Shown: positions 28,102 through 42,427, counted from the stretch's first letter. The stretch is 64,000 bases of DNA from the human T2T-CHM13v2.0 reference genome, Homo sapiens (GCF_009914755.1 NC_060933.1), one strand, 5' to 3'. A program made the numbers and translations. The notes: generated by a model from the sequence alone, not told the origin.

Positions 28102-31100
28102 CTGAGGAGAGAGCAAAGAATGCAATGATTAGGGGCATGGATATCCAGGAGAGCTGTGTGAAAGCCAAGTGCAGGGAGGATGAACCCCACCCCAAAGGGC
28201 TCGGACATGTAGACAACACGAGGTCTGAAGCATCCAGACCAGAGGGAGGTACAAAGGGCCCACCTGACCCATCACACACCCCAGGGCCAAATAACGCATC
28301 AACAACACCTCTTTGAGGCCCCGCTAAGCCACCACCTGACAGTGATGCAGAGGCTACAGCATGCTATGCCGGTTCAGAGAACACCCTACAGCTGTGCACG
28401 GCCACCTGGCTGTCCAGGTATCCCTCAGGCTCACTTCTGTGGGCCAGGGAGGGCAATGGCGCAGGGAGGGTAGAGGCCTGGGCCTGCCCAGCACTCTTTA
28501 GTTTCCTAGGCCCTCTGGGAAGCAGCTGTGGGAAGGGACTGTGCCCCGATCAGGCAGACCCACATATGAGGGTCCAAGTTCTACGAAGCCAGGTTTTTAC
28601 CCAGCAGCTCTTAGAGCCAGCTCCAAATGGCCTGGAAGAAAAAACCGTGGGCATGCTGCTTCTCCTTTGCCTGCCCTTTAGCTGGTGGAATAGCCCAGCC
28701 TGATTCCTCTGGGCAAGTCACATTCTGCCTGGACAAGAGCTGGTTGGGTGGGATGGTTTCAGAGGTCCCTGCTGACACTGACGCCCGGAGCACTGTACTA
28801 GAAAGATCCCCCGTGCATGAGAATTCCCAGGAGGGGCAGGCGAGCCCTGGCTTTCAGGAGCAACTGTAAAGGTGGGTCTTCCTTCAGGCTTTTTCTTGTC
28901 CAACACAAACTCCAGCAGTGGCAAGAATGCCCCTCTTGATCAGAGTTCTGAGCCTGATAGGGAATCTGTTCTCAACAGGGCTTGGTGAGAGTAAGATCAG
29001 CTTACTCCCCACGTTGGAAATACCAAAGGCTTCTGGAGCCGCGCCTTTAGCCAACAGTGCCAGAGGCTGTAACAGACTCAACGCCCAACACACATAGCCT
29101 GACTCCCCAGTGGCTTCTTCAGAATAGGTGTCTGTCGTGTGGTGGCCTTGAGAAAATATTGATTTCTTGCCTCACGAAAATTTCCATCTGGAGGTAATGG
29201 AGTTTATTTGCAATCTGTGACACTGGGGACGGGACAGACGGTGTGGACTTTGTTTTTAGCCAAGCAAAACGACTTTCAGAGGTGGCCACTGCCCCTCTAC
29301 CCCAACCTGACCTCCTGCTGCAGGGCAAAGTTCCTGACATGGGGCCCTGGATATGTTTGGGGGGTCAGTCCTAAACCCTCCGACACTGTGTGCAAATGGG
29401 GGTATGTATCTGGACGTCCGCATTTTTCCACAGAGAGACCACAGCTTTCTCCAGATTCACCAAGGGGCCTGAGACCCAGAAAAGATTAAGTATCACAGCT
29501 GTGGAGGTTGAAGATGATTGTGAAAGAGCACTCCATGTCCCTAGAGAACAAAGCTCATGGCAGAAGAACTAAGGATCACTTGGCTCAAGCTTTGAGGGGA
29601 CCCCTACACCTCAACAGCACTGCCACGTTCCAAAGCACAGAAATCCCCACTGCAAGGAGAAGACCGAGGAACACAGCGACAAAGGACTCGTCCCAAATCT
29701 AGACTGGCCCCAGCACAGAGCTGGGACTCACATGTGGGCCTGCCCAACTCAGTCCATGGTTCTTCCCACCTCAGCAGAGTGCTGGGAAGAAGGTACCGAC
29801 CTGAGCTGAGCAGTGTTGACCTGGTGACAGGTGGTTTCCAACGGTGGCCTCACTGAATACTCCCCCACCCTATGGGGCAGAACTACTGTCCTCGCTTTGC
29901 AAATGAGGACCTGAGGCAGCTGGTTCCAGGTCACATGGCCAGTGAGTGGCCCCAGGGCATCAGGACTCTTAGGGTCCCACTGGGATGCCTTTTCCTTACT
30001 TTCCCCTGTAGACTCTGAGAAGGTATGGTGTCAGTTTGACCAGGTAGCAATCAGCCCTGGCCTTTGCTCTTCCCCATCACCATGAGGGGACGGAGGAAGA
30101 GGAGGTGCTATGCCAACTTTCTCCTAGTCCCTTTAGACCCAGAGCAGGTCTGTGAAGTCCGCAGGGCTTGGAGAATTTCCAAGGACCTGACTCCTTGGGA
30201 TGAGCTGCAGAGCCTGGCAAAGGAGGAGTTGCAGGCCCGGGTCAGCCACCAGCTATGCTGCCTGGAGCAAGCCCCTCACCCTGCTCTGGCGGAGCCTGCT
30301 CTGTGCCAGGCCTAGGAGATATGGAGATGGACAATACCAGCTCAGGAGGGGAAGTGCTATGAGACATTTGCGGCTCTTCTTACTATGAATGATTTGCCAC
30401 CTCCATGCATAGGATTTGGTCTGGCCTAATGGAAAGAAAGAGGAGGGACTGGTTGAGCATCTCCTCTGCCCCCGAGACTGTGCTAAGTACAATACAGTTT
30501 AGGTAGCGTTATCATCCTTATTTTACAGATGAGAAAACTGGGGTGCTTTTTATAAAGTTGCTATTGAACCCGGGACCAACTAGTTAGTCTGAGTCCTTTG
30601 GAACTCACGTCTCCAGTTAGAGATGAGGAATCGAAAGCTTAGGGTTCTAGTCTAATGCAGGTCACATAGGAGAATGGAGATCTGAACTGTGCTCAATCAA
30701 TAATTCCATGTTCTCTGACCTAGGACACAGGGGATCTGGGTTCTAGTTCTGTCCTTTTGACCGACCACAGTACTCAACCCATCGAAACCTACTTCTGCAA
30801 TTTTCTCACCTGTCAATAGGGTTAGCTACCTGCCCTGTGACTGTTCAGGGCCAAAGGCTGCTGAGGAGGAGAGATGCCAATGCAGAGAGTTCTGCCTTTC
30901 TCTAGACCTATGCAGAGCATTGCTCCCCACCCCACTGCTGCTCCAAGAGTCTAACCTAAATATTCCACAGCTGCCTTAACAGGACCACAGCTGGCACTGT
31001 CTCTCTCCAGGTTCCCCTCAGTGCTCTTTTTCTCTACGAGTGACACGAAACCCTCAACCAGAACCCCACAGACATCCACCACTCTGCCAGGTTGACCTCC

Positions 31101-32824
31101 TTACAATCTTTCAAAACCATCCCTTCTCCCCCACAGTCCTGACCCACTGCCCACCTGGGGGACTGCTGCAGCCCCCAAAGAGGTCTTCCCGGCCTCCTGG
31201 CCCCTCCAAGCTCAGCCATGGGATCTTGTAATACACGCATGGACCCCGCCGGTCCCTGCTGCTCGTCCTGGAGTCCTGTCCACAAGGCTCCTTGCAACCT
31301 GGTTCCTGCTTCTCCCTCTCACTCATCTCTCAGAGGAAAACCCTTTGCACGTCCTAAGCATGTCCCTGAGCACTCAGTTCTCTCTCACCCCTGGGAGCAC
31401 ACCAGCAAGTCCACAGGGCCATCTGCCAGAATCCTATTCCTGCCCCTTCGCTGACAAATTCCTAGTCATTCTTAAGACCCAGTCAGTCTTGAACCACCTC
31501 TCAGGCCTCCTAGGATGCACTCAGCACATCGTCCTGCAGCTAAGCTCTGTGTCTCCCCTATTAAGCCCACGACCCTCACTGGCAAAGACTGTCTCGTTCA
31601 TCTCTGTCCCCAGGACCTGGCGTAAGGGGCAAAGAACAGGAACTCAGTGCCTGCTCAGTGGCTGCGCTCCTCTCTTTTGCAGTCCAAACACTGGCAGTCT
31701 CACAGAGTCTATTTTCAGAAGGTTCCCAGGGGTGGCTAAGGAGAACTCCTACTTGGCAATAATCTCTGTCCTGTGCTTCTCAGAAATGCCCCAGAAATGT
31801 TGGACTTTGACAGGAGAGCCGCACAAGGCAGGCTGGCACCTCCAGAGAAAAAGTGCTGCAGTCAGCAGTTCTCTTAAGACAGGGAAACTGACACACAGAC
31901 AGCGCAGGCTTGGCCAGGGCCATGTTGCCAACAGGCACTAATGGAAACTCAGCTACCGCCTGCTCCTCTAAATGCAGCGGGAGGGAGTGCTGAGGGTTTA
32001 AACCAGGAGACAGAGCTGCTCCCAAACAATCTCCAAAGTGGCTAGATCAGAACTGGGACTGACCTTACAAAAGTTACTTAACCTCACCAACCCTGAGTCT
32101 CGGCATCTGCCTTGAGAAGTATTTCTCAAATCCATGCCCTCCTCTGGATCCCCAGCATCCTAGCCACCTTTCCTGTCTGACTAGTGAGTCAGCCTCCCCC
32201 TCACTGGTGGAGCAGCCACCAGCGAGCCATTCTTGCACACAGATGTGACAGGCCAATCCTCTGCCCTGAGCCTGCCACCTACAGTCTTTCATGAAGTACT
32301 CCCTGACCCCCAATCCCTCCCACCTTAATTCACTGTTTGCAGCCTTTACCCCACAGGGACTGGTTTTGGTTTCTCACATACAAAAACTTATTTCCTGCCT
32401 TTGTGCCTCTGTCCATGCTCTTCCCTGAGGGACTGCCACTCCCCGCTCCATGTGACGACGTCTGCTTTCATTTCACACTCAGCGAGGTGGTCACTTTGTC
32501 TAAGACGCCCACCTCGCCGGGACAGAGTGACGGCCACCCAACTCCCACCCCAGTGCTCTGCATGTTCCCATCACTGCACATGCCACACGACTGTCTCCCA
32601 GTGAGACGACAGTCCCTGACACCAAGAGGCCGCTCTACAAAGGTGTGTTAAGTGAATACATTTGTCTATGTGAGTCAGAAAGGATGGAGTAGGAAAAGAA
32701 GCCCACAGATAGGAGGCATGATTACAAACCATCTGGGCTCCAAAGTGGGTAATCCAGGGCAGAACTGGGAGCCCTCGGAGGCAGGAAGTGGTCAGCCATA
32801 GCGGCCACCCCCACACTCACTCAC

Positions 32825-32951
32825 ATTGATCAAAGATGACTTTTTCCTGGCGCTTGCTCAGCTGCAAAAGCTTCATGGTGTTTTGCAACTTCTTTTCTTG
32901 TTCAAACAATTTTTTATGTAGTTTGGTGACCTCTGCCTTCATTTCTCCAAT
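32825..32951 (-). CDS. CDK5RAP2: CDK5RAP2 exon 36 (127 nt; IGEMKAEVTKLHKKLFEQEKKLQ...VIFDQ)
   Basis: Read manually; acceptor CTTTAG|AT, donor AAT|GTGAGT. Confidence 0.95.
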
Positions 32952-33009
32952 CTAAAGAGAAGAGAAATTAGAAAAATGAACAAAGAACATAAACATCATG
33001 TTACACAGG

Positions 33010-33620
33010 AAGAATTACAAAGCCATATAAAAAGATGATGCTCAACCTCACTAGCAAAAATATTTGAATGGAAACTAGAAGCCTTTTCCTGACAACCAGG
33101 AAAAGGCAAAATTGGACAAAACTCATTGAGGGTAAGGGGAAAGCACCTCGTGACCTCTGGTGGAAGTGCGGGATGGCATGGCCCAGTGAGAACGCCCTGG
33201 CAAGATCTACCAAACTGAGATGCGCTTAACTCTTTGCCCCAGCAATTCTACACGCTGGCATTTCCCCCAAGGAATAATAACATAAGCACAAGAAGATGCC
33301 TATGTACAAGGATGTTCGTCTCAGCATTGTTCATGGTAGGAAAAAATAACCTGATTTCAGTATAGATCTGGATAAATTATGGTACTTACATATAATACAA
33401 TAATTTAGCAACTATTAAAAATGACGTTGTAGAGCTCTATGCATTGATATCAAAAAATGATCACAGTTAGTGACAAAAGAGCCCAGAACAACACGTCCTG
33501 TATACAAGGCATTCCTGTTCCACAAAACTGAATATAAACGCCCACATCCATAGATGTGTATATTGAGATGTCATCAAAATGTTAACAGCAATTCTCTCCA
33601 TGAGCTATGATTTCAAATTG
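33010..33620 (+). mobile_element. Old L1M (L1ME-like) fragment
   Basis: Degraded ORF2-end motifs (ATGCTCAACCTCACTAG; CCAGCAATTCTAC; AGGATGTTC...CAGCATTGTT). Confidence 0.65.
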
Positions 33621-33999
33621 CGTGATCTTTTTCTTTTACAAAAACTATAATGCTGATTTTAAAAACTTTTCAATGTTTAAATCTTCAAAAGATCATATAA
33701 AAGTATTACTAGGAAAGTATGCTCCATTAGAAGAAACTCTTCTGGTTTTCCAGAGTAAACTCTGGATGGGTGGCAAAACCAGAGTCCCCAGTGCTCTGAG
33801 GTGACATACATGCACGGCGGAGCCCTCTGAGCCAGTCTCCACCAAACCAGCTCCCAGGGGGAAGGACACTCCCTTTCTGTCAGAAAAGCACCGTGGCACA
33901 GGCCGCTCTCTGCTGCGCCGAAACACTTCTGCTTCCAACAGGAGAGCTGGTGAGTTGTCAGCTCACGAAGAGTCACTTTAGTTTGTTCCCAAACTTGTT

Positions 34000-34490
34000 T
34001 ATGGTAGCTGTACTTGTAATCAAATTGCATAATTTAATTAAATATTAAGTAAGCCCATGAAATATGTGTATTAAAAGAGAGAACTGGTTGTATGAAAACT
34101 AACATATGCTTCAGGAAAGACTTGATAAAAGCAAGTCACTAAAAAACACATTTCTGGCAAATTAGGTGTGGGTGAGACAACTATAAAAGATGTGGGAGGA
34201 ACACAGTCTAGAAGAATTCTATATTCAAATTGCTTTGCAAGTGTCTAAGTTTTCTCTTCATCTTAAAGAAACAGAAATTGGAAGTGACAGACATACATTA
34301 TGGATGCAGTTTATGAAAGAAAGAAGATGTGAAACTCCAATCAGCAGACCCATATTCAAAAGAAAAGGCCCTGGCCCTACATCAAAAGAATGGCAAATGA
34401 ATGTACATTTATCTGTTTTAAGTTAAACTAAAATGTTTAAGGTACATATCATTTTTGATTCCCTGACTTAACCTACTTTTAAGATTAACC
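34000..34490 (+). mobile_element. Decayed Tigger/pogo-type transposase remnant
   Basis: Frameshifted HTH-like peptides LGVGETTIKD (34162-34191) and LWMQFMKERRCETPISRPIFKRK. Confidence 0.65.
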
Positions 34491-35711
34491 AGTCATGTCA
34501 GGTACAAGGACTTTGACAGTTCTTCCCAAACAGATCCTAATTTTAAACATTAGGTTTGCTTTGATTCTTTTCCTTGGGGCTAAGAGCTCACAAAGACTTA
34601 GGTTCTGGTCATGGCTCCAGAGGCCACACATTCCAGGACAAAGTCTCTCTACAGTCAACGCCTTAGTCCCACATCTGTAAAATCGGAATAATCATCCCTG
34701 ATCCAGCTATCACATTGCAGTAGAGTGAGACTCAAATGAGATAATGGAAGACAGTGGGAATGATCATTTCCAACTTGGCCTGGCTGACCCATTCCTTGTT
34801 CTAAAGTCAGCTCAGGTTTCACCTCTTCCAGGAAGTTGACCTGGCACTTCTTTTAGGATGGCTACTGCTCCTCTGGGTGCCCCGGGGCTCAGTGTCTCCC
34901 CATCACCGCCCATGGCACACTGGAGTGACTGGTCCTTTACTTGTTTGCTTCCTGTACTGACCACACACTCATTTCCTCCCTCTAACCACCAGTGTCTGGC
35001 GCAGAGTAGGTGCTGTGACACCATTTACCCACTCATGGTGGATTAATTTTCACTAGTGCTCTCCTAACATCCTGTATATATTCTATCCAGTACTTACAAC
35101 AGGGAATTTTAATTGTTTACATGTCTGTTGTTCCCCTGGATTCAAATCTTCATTTTATAGGATGAATATTCCATGGTAGCAACAGCAGGGGCTCAAAGTA
35201 CAGCTCCACCACTCCCCAGCTATATGACGCTGAAGCAAGTCACTTAATCTCTTGGAGTTTCCATTCCTACCTCTGGAAAAAGGGAAGAATCACAGCTAAC
35301 TCCCTCAAGATTTCCGCAAGGGATCAAATGAGATGCTGGGTGTAAGCAGCATGCCCAGTGTCCGCAGGAGGTCACCAGAAGAACCCTTCCTGAGGGCCAC
35401 AGAGCTGCAGTGCTGAAGCCACTCCCTCCCAGGAGGCCTCAGGCTTCCTCGTCAGTGTTCTGCCTGACTTCGGGGACAGGAATTTTTGCTTGTTTTCTTT
35501 TTATGGTGAAAAAAATCTCAAACATTTACGAAAGCAGAAAGAACTGGATAATGAACGCCCAAGTGCCCATCCAGCTTCAGCAATGATCAATTCATGGCCA
35601 TACTTACCTCTACTACATTCCTGCCCATCTTCTCCCCAAGATGATTCTGAAACCAACCTTAGAATCCAATTGTATCATCTATAAAATATTTTACTAGATC
35701 TCTCTAGAAGA

Positions 35712-35917
<206 letters not shown>

Positions 35918-36084
35918 TGACACCTTAAAAAAAAAGGCAGTAATTCCTTAGTATCACCACATCCAGTCAGTGAGCACACTTCCCTGATTGCTTCATAATT
36001 TTCTTTTCTAAACAATTGGTTCAATTCAGGATGCAAATAAGATCCATGTTTTGCATTTGATTATCTCTTGAGTTTCTTTAAATC

Positions 36085-36254
36085 CAGTGGTTCTCAAACC
36101 TACCTAGAGGGCTACAAAAACAGACTGCTGGGGTGCACTCTCAGAGTTCCTGATTCAGCAGGTTTGGTGTGAGGCCTGAGAAGGTGAATTTTTGACAAGT
36201 TTCCAGGTGATGCAGATGCTGCAGGTCCAGGGCCCACACTTATGGGAACCACTG
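36085..36254. mobile_element. MER5A DNA transposon
   Basis: Terminal inverted repeats CAGTGGTTCTC...GGGAACCACTG. Confidence 0.8.
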
Positions 36255-39054
36255 TAAATCCATAGGGTTCTCTCCCTCTTTCCCCACGCTGGATCCTTTC
36301 TTACTAGGATGAAATACGTTCTAGGCTCATACTGTACATCTCCTGCCCCAGACCTAGCAACAACCCATTTCTCCAAGGGAACCCTAGTTCCCTTTAGCGG
36401 GCAAAGGTATCTAGAAACCATAATTTGGGCATCAAGGGCACTCACTGGTGCTAGAACAGACATTGTTTCTAAAGCCTTGTATGTTGACAAAGTTCATAAA
36501 ATTCTTTTAATGGATGATAATACATCACAAGTTCATTCTGATATGTGCTATTCAAATTTAGGATTACAGGGTTATTTCTTTGATTTCTTATCTCTTTTTC
36601 CTTACAGTAAAAAATCAGTTCCCAATAAAAGTATTTGCTTTATCTTATAATAGAAATATAATAATTCAGAATATGAATATCAATATTACTACTAAAAATA
36701 TAACCATTAACAAGAGTTTAAATTTTTTTCTTGCCCTTAGAATACTTCTACTAGAAATGTGTGGTCAAATTACTGTGCTTTAGTCACTGAAATGCTTCCT
36801 TTTTGTGTTGTTATGCCTACATTGCCATATACAGTAAGGTTTGTTTCATCTTGCCAAGAATTTTTAGGAATTGTTTTCTCATTTTGATTTTTTATAATCA
36901 TGTAATGCATTTATATACTTGCTAAGTCAAATCTACAAAACAAGGTCTATTCAGAGAAATCTACCTTCTATCTGTTACTCCAATCTCTCCCCTTCCATTA
37001 CTATATGTAGCCTGGTTTGTTATTGTTTATCCTCCATTTAAAAAAATTATTATAAACAAGTATGTGTGTACATTTGTACCCCTCCACACAACTGGTGCAC
37101 ATGATACACACTTTCCAGAGCAGTCCAGACTACATGGGATGGTATACTAAATGTAAAAGGCAATTAATAACACTCAAGAGAAAACCAGATAGTTCAAAAA
37201 CCCCTGGGTTGTTGGTGAAAACTTGGAAATGGAAATCAGCATTACACACATTTCACACCAAGCAAAGGCACTGTATGAAACACAGCAGTGACAGAAAAGT
37301 GGCTAGAGGCAATTTAACACTACACAGGGGGTATGTACCCCAGCAACCACATCGGAGCATCTCAAAGGTCCTTTTTCTGGCACAATTCCATGACATCAGA
37401 GTGAGCATAATCAATTACTCAAGAAACCTTTGGAAGGAAAGGGGTACTCAGGAGCACCAACCACTCCTGGAATGATTTGCAAGTAGGGAAGAATCAATGT
37501 GGCTATAACTTTTTTTGTGTGTATATATATTTTATATGTAAGTGTATGAGCTGTATTTCTGTCTATGTAACAGTTACTACAATGTGCTAAGGATAAAAAC
37601 ATTGCATTAAGGGTCAACTGTTCAGTTCAGACATGTTTATGTTAAAATCATATGAGGCAGGCACTACTTTGGGTGTATAGAAAAAAAATCACTGGTTCAT
37701 TCAAAAAATATAAATAAAACAGACACCATCCTCTGAAGGAAAATAGAGGAAGACAGGCATTAAACAAATATACAATTATAACTTGTTGAAAGGCTATGAT
37801 GAAACAGAAGAGGATGCTATGATGGAGGAATCAGGGAGCCCTCTCTGACTCTGGGGTAATATTTAAGCTAAGACTTGAAAGGTGAGAAGGAGCCAGCCAG
37901 AAGCAGGACATGGGACACTCCAGGCAGTCAGGCCATCTGTGTCACCTAAGCCTAAGATGGAACAGGACCTGGTGGATTAGAAGAAGGGAAAGACCAATGT
38001 GGGGCTGGACCCCAGTGAGTCTCAGCCTTCCTCCCTGATACTCTGTCTCCCACCTGATACTGCCACCAGCTAAACGTGGGCCAAAAAAAGATTTTTCTAT
38101 GGAATGAATAGTTATCAACTTCCCTGAGCTTAGTGTATCCAAACTTTGTCCCCAGGATCCCAAAAGTGAAATCTTAGAACAGGCTCATTAGAACCTTCAG
38201 AGCAGAGAGAGCTGCCCCACCTGCTACTTCATGGTCATGTTTGAGAGACCTGAGAGCTGTCAAAAGGGGGTTAACTAAATGAGATAATGACAAAAAATGT
38301 AAATTTCCCTTCTGCCTTCCTACTGGCCTTTGGCAAGAACAGATAGGTTAGATAAACAAAGGGTGAAATATCTATCACACCACCAAGCAGAGAGTTCTAA
38401 CTCTTCCTTAACCTGCAGGTCCCTTCCTCCAGGGAGGTTTCTCTGATTAGCCAGAGTGGGCGTTCACCTTGTCATGACACCACATGCATCCCACACACAG
38501 AAATCAGAGGACAGCTTCTACTCTGCCTGACTCCTGGTTTGGAGCCTGTCATTCCTAAGTACTTAAAACAGATTTTGAACAAGGTCCACTCAAATATGAT
38601 GATGAAAGCTGTCGATAGGAATCAGAAGGTCCAGAAAAAGGCACCTAAAATAAAAGAGATGATGAGTAGAAAAGAATGAGCTAGTCCATGAGGACAAATT
38701 AGGACTTAGAGCCTATAAAATAAAAGAATAAACATTGGGTTCCAATATTTATCCTTTCAAACAAGTTCTAACCTTGACTAAGTGCCTCAGCTCCCTGAGT
38801 CCTGGTTCCCTCATGTGTAGAATGCGGACGGGATTCTACTCAACAAAGACACGCTCAGACGGGTCATGGCTACAGGAGTGTGGGACGGATCAAGTAAGAA
38901 CACAGTGAAGCCATGGCAAACGGTGCCATCTCCTCCCTAATACATACCCCAAATGGTGGGCACATCTGCTGTGGGCCCCTGCTTGGCATGGAGGAAACTG
39001 AGACACAGGCCCCAGTGGCATCCTTGAGCCTCTGAAACATGTGTCACCACCTAC

Positions 39055-39198
39055 CTGCTCACAGTGAAGGGGGCACTGGCCATCCTCGGGGAGTGAGACT
39101 CTCCAGAGAAGCTTCAGCCGCCTGTAGGCCTCTTCCAGGGTCAGCTTGGCCGTGCTCACACTGCTCACAAACTTGCTCAGTGGTGCTGGGTGTGGACC
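39055..39198 (-). CDS. CDK5RAP2: CDK5RAP2 exon 35 (144 nt; GPHPAPLSKFVSS...PLHCEQ)
   Basis: ORF 38890..39168; acceptor GTGTAG|GG, donor CAG|GTAGGT. Confidence 0.95.
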
Positions 39199-39708
39199 CT
39201 ACACGGGGGATATGAAGGCTGTTACGTGCAGTCTTGAAAAAGATTTTAGACAAGCAAGCCTTAACATGCAGTATAAATCTCCAGACTGTAGGGCTTCTGT
39301 TTCACACGCTGAGCGAAAGCCTGGTACCACATAACACCAATTTATTGTTCTTAAAGACTGGTGAATTGTAGATTATGAGAGAATTTCAGTGGTGATCTTA
39401 GCCCAATCAATAACCATGATTAATAACCACCATGGTTAATAACCACCAGCATTAACTACAGTTACTACTCCAAGTAAAGGGTCTGTGGGAGGGCCATTCT
39501 TACTGTTTGGCGACCCACAGAGACTCGCCCAGAGAAAATGACACCAACAGCAAGCAATAAATGGTTTGCCTTTACTGGTCCCTGTTAAATGGCCCTGCTG
39601 TAGTGAATATGATATCAGGGTCTTGTACTGCTGGCAGAGCAAACTCAAATTGGGCGGTATCAAGGGCACAAGAAAATTATGTATGTGACTCAGAAAAGGG
39701 GAAATACA

Positions 39709-39947
39709 AGCCCAGAAATTCGAGACCACCCTAGGCAACATAGTGAGACCCCCATCTCTACAAAAAAATAAAAAATTAGCTAGGTGTGGCAGTGCACACC
39801 TGTAGTCCTGGCTACTCAGGAAGCTGGGATGGGAGGATTGCTTAAGTCCAGGAGGTCAAGGCTGCAGTGTGCCATAATCATGCCATGTACCCCAGCCTGG
39901 ACAACATGGCCAGACCCTGTCTCAAAAAAAAAAAAAAAAAAAAAAAA
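39709..39947 (+). mobile_element. 5'-truncated AluJ-like element
   Basis: Partial left monomer, right monomer and A-tail. Confidence 0.85.
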
Positions 39948-40016
39948 GAGAGAAAAAAGACACATCCTTTTTAGATATCAAAGTAACAAAAAAATCATTA
40001 TAAATGAAAATATCTG

Positions 40017-40311
<295 letters not shown>

Positions 40312-40323
40312 TTATATATTTAC

Positions 40324-40655
40324 TGCCAGGCATGATAGCTGACGCCTGTAATCCCAACACTTTAGGAGGCCAAGGTGGGAGGATCATTTGAGCCCAGGAG
40401 TTCGAGGCCAGCCTGGGCAACAGAGTGAGACCCTGTCTCTAAAAAAAATTTTTTTTAAAAGCCAGGTGTGATGGCACACGCCTGTGGTCACAGCTACTTG
40501 GGAGGCTGAGGCAGGAGGATTGCTTGAGCCTAGGAGGTGGGGTCGAAGCTACAGTGAGCCATGATCGCGCCACTGCACTCCAGCCTGGGTGACAGAGCTA
40601 GATCCTGTCTCAAAATAAAAAAAACACAACAACAACAAAACCTCAACAAAAACAA
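40324..40655 (+). mobile_element. AluJ-like element with an A/CAA-rich tail
   Basis: Full dimeric Alu. Confidence 0.88.
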
Positions 40656-41119
40656 AAATGTAGTGAGACAAACGTTCATGAACAGAGATAGAATTGTTTT
40701 GCAAAGTAATGGAGCAACAGTTATCATCAAGAGCCCTAAAAAGTTCACAACCTTTGAACTAGTAATTCCACTTCATAATGGGCGACAGCCAGGTGGATGG
40801 GCAGATGAATGGACAGACACACCAGGGTGCAGATGGAGAGAAGAATGGATGAGAGACCAGATGTACAGAGGCCGTCATGGGAACAAGACAGCAGAGCCCA
40901 TGGAGCAGTTGCAGGAACACAAGGCACAAACCCCACCAAACACAGCCACCACCAATAGTTCCCCACACTGGACCTGACCTCTGAGCTCTCTGAGGCCACA
41001 CTTCCTGGTCCCTCTTCTCAGGGTCCTAATGAGGACAACTGCGCCATTTGACTCCCCTCCCCCTTCCACCGACACTCCCAGGGAGCAGCTTGTGCCCCCC
41101 AGCTCTGTGGTCAGGTTAC

Positions 41120-41385
41120 CTTTGTTCCCAGCTCTTGACTTGTGGAGCTGGGAGCCTCTTGGGTTTGAATGTCCATTTCAGCAAGGAGCCTCTGTCCCTG
41201 GCTGATCTGTTTGAGCAGGGCCTCATAGTCCTCAATCAGGCCCAGGACATGGCGGCCATTCTTGCTGGCCCACACGTGGTGGCCAGTGACCAGGCGGGAC
41301 ACACACGGAGTGCTAGTTGCCGAACTGCCACTGTCGCAGGAGAGGGAGTCCGTGTCATTCCCAGAGAGTGGAGGAGTCTCTGAAA
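41120..41385 (-). CDS. CDK5RAP2: CDK5RAP2 exon 34 (266 nt; VSETPPLSG...GRHVLGLIEDYEALLKQ...ELGTK)
   Basis: ORF 41111..41563; acceptor TTACAG|TT, donor AAG|GTAACC. Confidence 0.96.
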
Positions 41386-42349
41386 CTGTAAAATGAGAAG
41401 TAGGATGTAAAATCTGTTTCAGGTAACACTCTGCGTTCAAGACGCTTATGATGTTGAAGCTAGCTAGGAGGGCTAGAAGAGGCCCTCGTGCCCAAATGCC
41501 ACCCAACACAAGCCCAGAGGGGAAAAGAGGCACGCTCCTGGACCTCTGTATATTACCCCACACTGGGCTTATGAGTCATCTTGTAGGAGAGGCTCAAGTC
41601 AACTCAACCAACACTTATCAACCACCCACTCGGCAGAAGACCCCAGATTCACAAGGATGACTCAAGCTGGTGCCTGCATTCCAGTAGCCCACAGTCTGAT
41701 CAGAACACAGACACTGCAGAAGGTGCAACAGCAGAGTGATGAAGGGCCAGAGCCAGAAAAAACAATTATCTGTGCAGGGAGGGAGAGAACAGGGAAGGCT
41801 TCTGAGAAGGAGCAGCATTTGAACTGGATTGAGCAAGTAGCAAGAATTACACGAATGATGAGTCATTCTGACCAAGGACAGCAGCAAAGGCATGTCACAG
41901 AGAAATGTGTATTCATGATGAGTCTTGAGGAAACGGGACTTCTACCGGCAAAGAGTGGGACAAAGGGGGTCTAAAAGTCACAGTGAGAGGAAAGTGTGGG
42001 CCTGTCTGCAGGATGGTGACCCCTGTGTGGCTACACCAGGTTAAGGGATAAGGCTGGACGGACCCACTGGAGCTGGATCCTGGAGGGCCTTGAAAGCCTC
42101 ACAAAGGTGGTCACAATTTTAATCTAAGGCAAGAGGGACCCAATGATGTTCTAACCTTGGTAACACCTAGGAGTGGATTAACTGGCTTGAAGGAGGAGAT
42201 CACCAGCTGGGGATGCTGAGAACTTGAAATCCCAAATCCTTACCAAATACCCTCCTGAGTTGGGACCAGGGACCCCCCTTTTCTGCAAGTTAAAAAGTCT
42301 TACTGTCACATCCAATGCTCCCACAGTTACCTGGACTTCAGCTTTGTAC

Positions 42350-42427
42350 CTGATTTTGGTGTCACTGCCTGGGAGGAATCAAACAGATCAAATGAATTAT
42401 CACTTTCCATGGGATATTTGTCACCAT
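42350..42427 (-). CDS. CDK5RAP2: CDK5RAP2 exon 33 (78 nt; DGDKYPMESDNSFDLFDSSQAVTPKS)
   Basis: ORF 42327..42521; acceptor TTGTAG|AT, donor CAG|GTACAA. Confidence 0.95.

Noticed and set aside
31345-31941. 198-aa plus-strand ORF antisense to intron 36
   Set aside because: It overlaps L2-like decayed sequence, has no recognisable homology, and has a non-ATG start.
39408-39450. Short TTAATAACCACCA duplication with a small inverted repeat
   Set aside because: Too short to tell apart from an ordinary slippage event.
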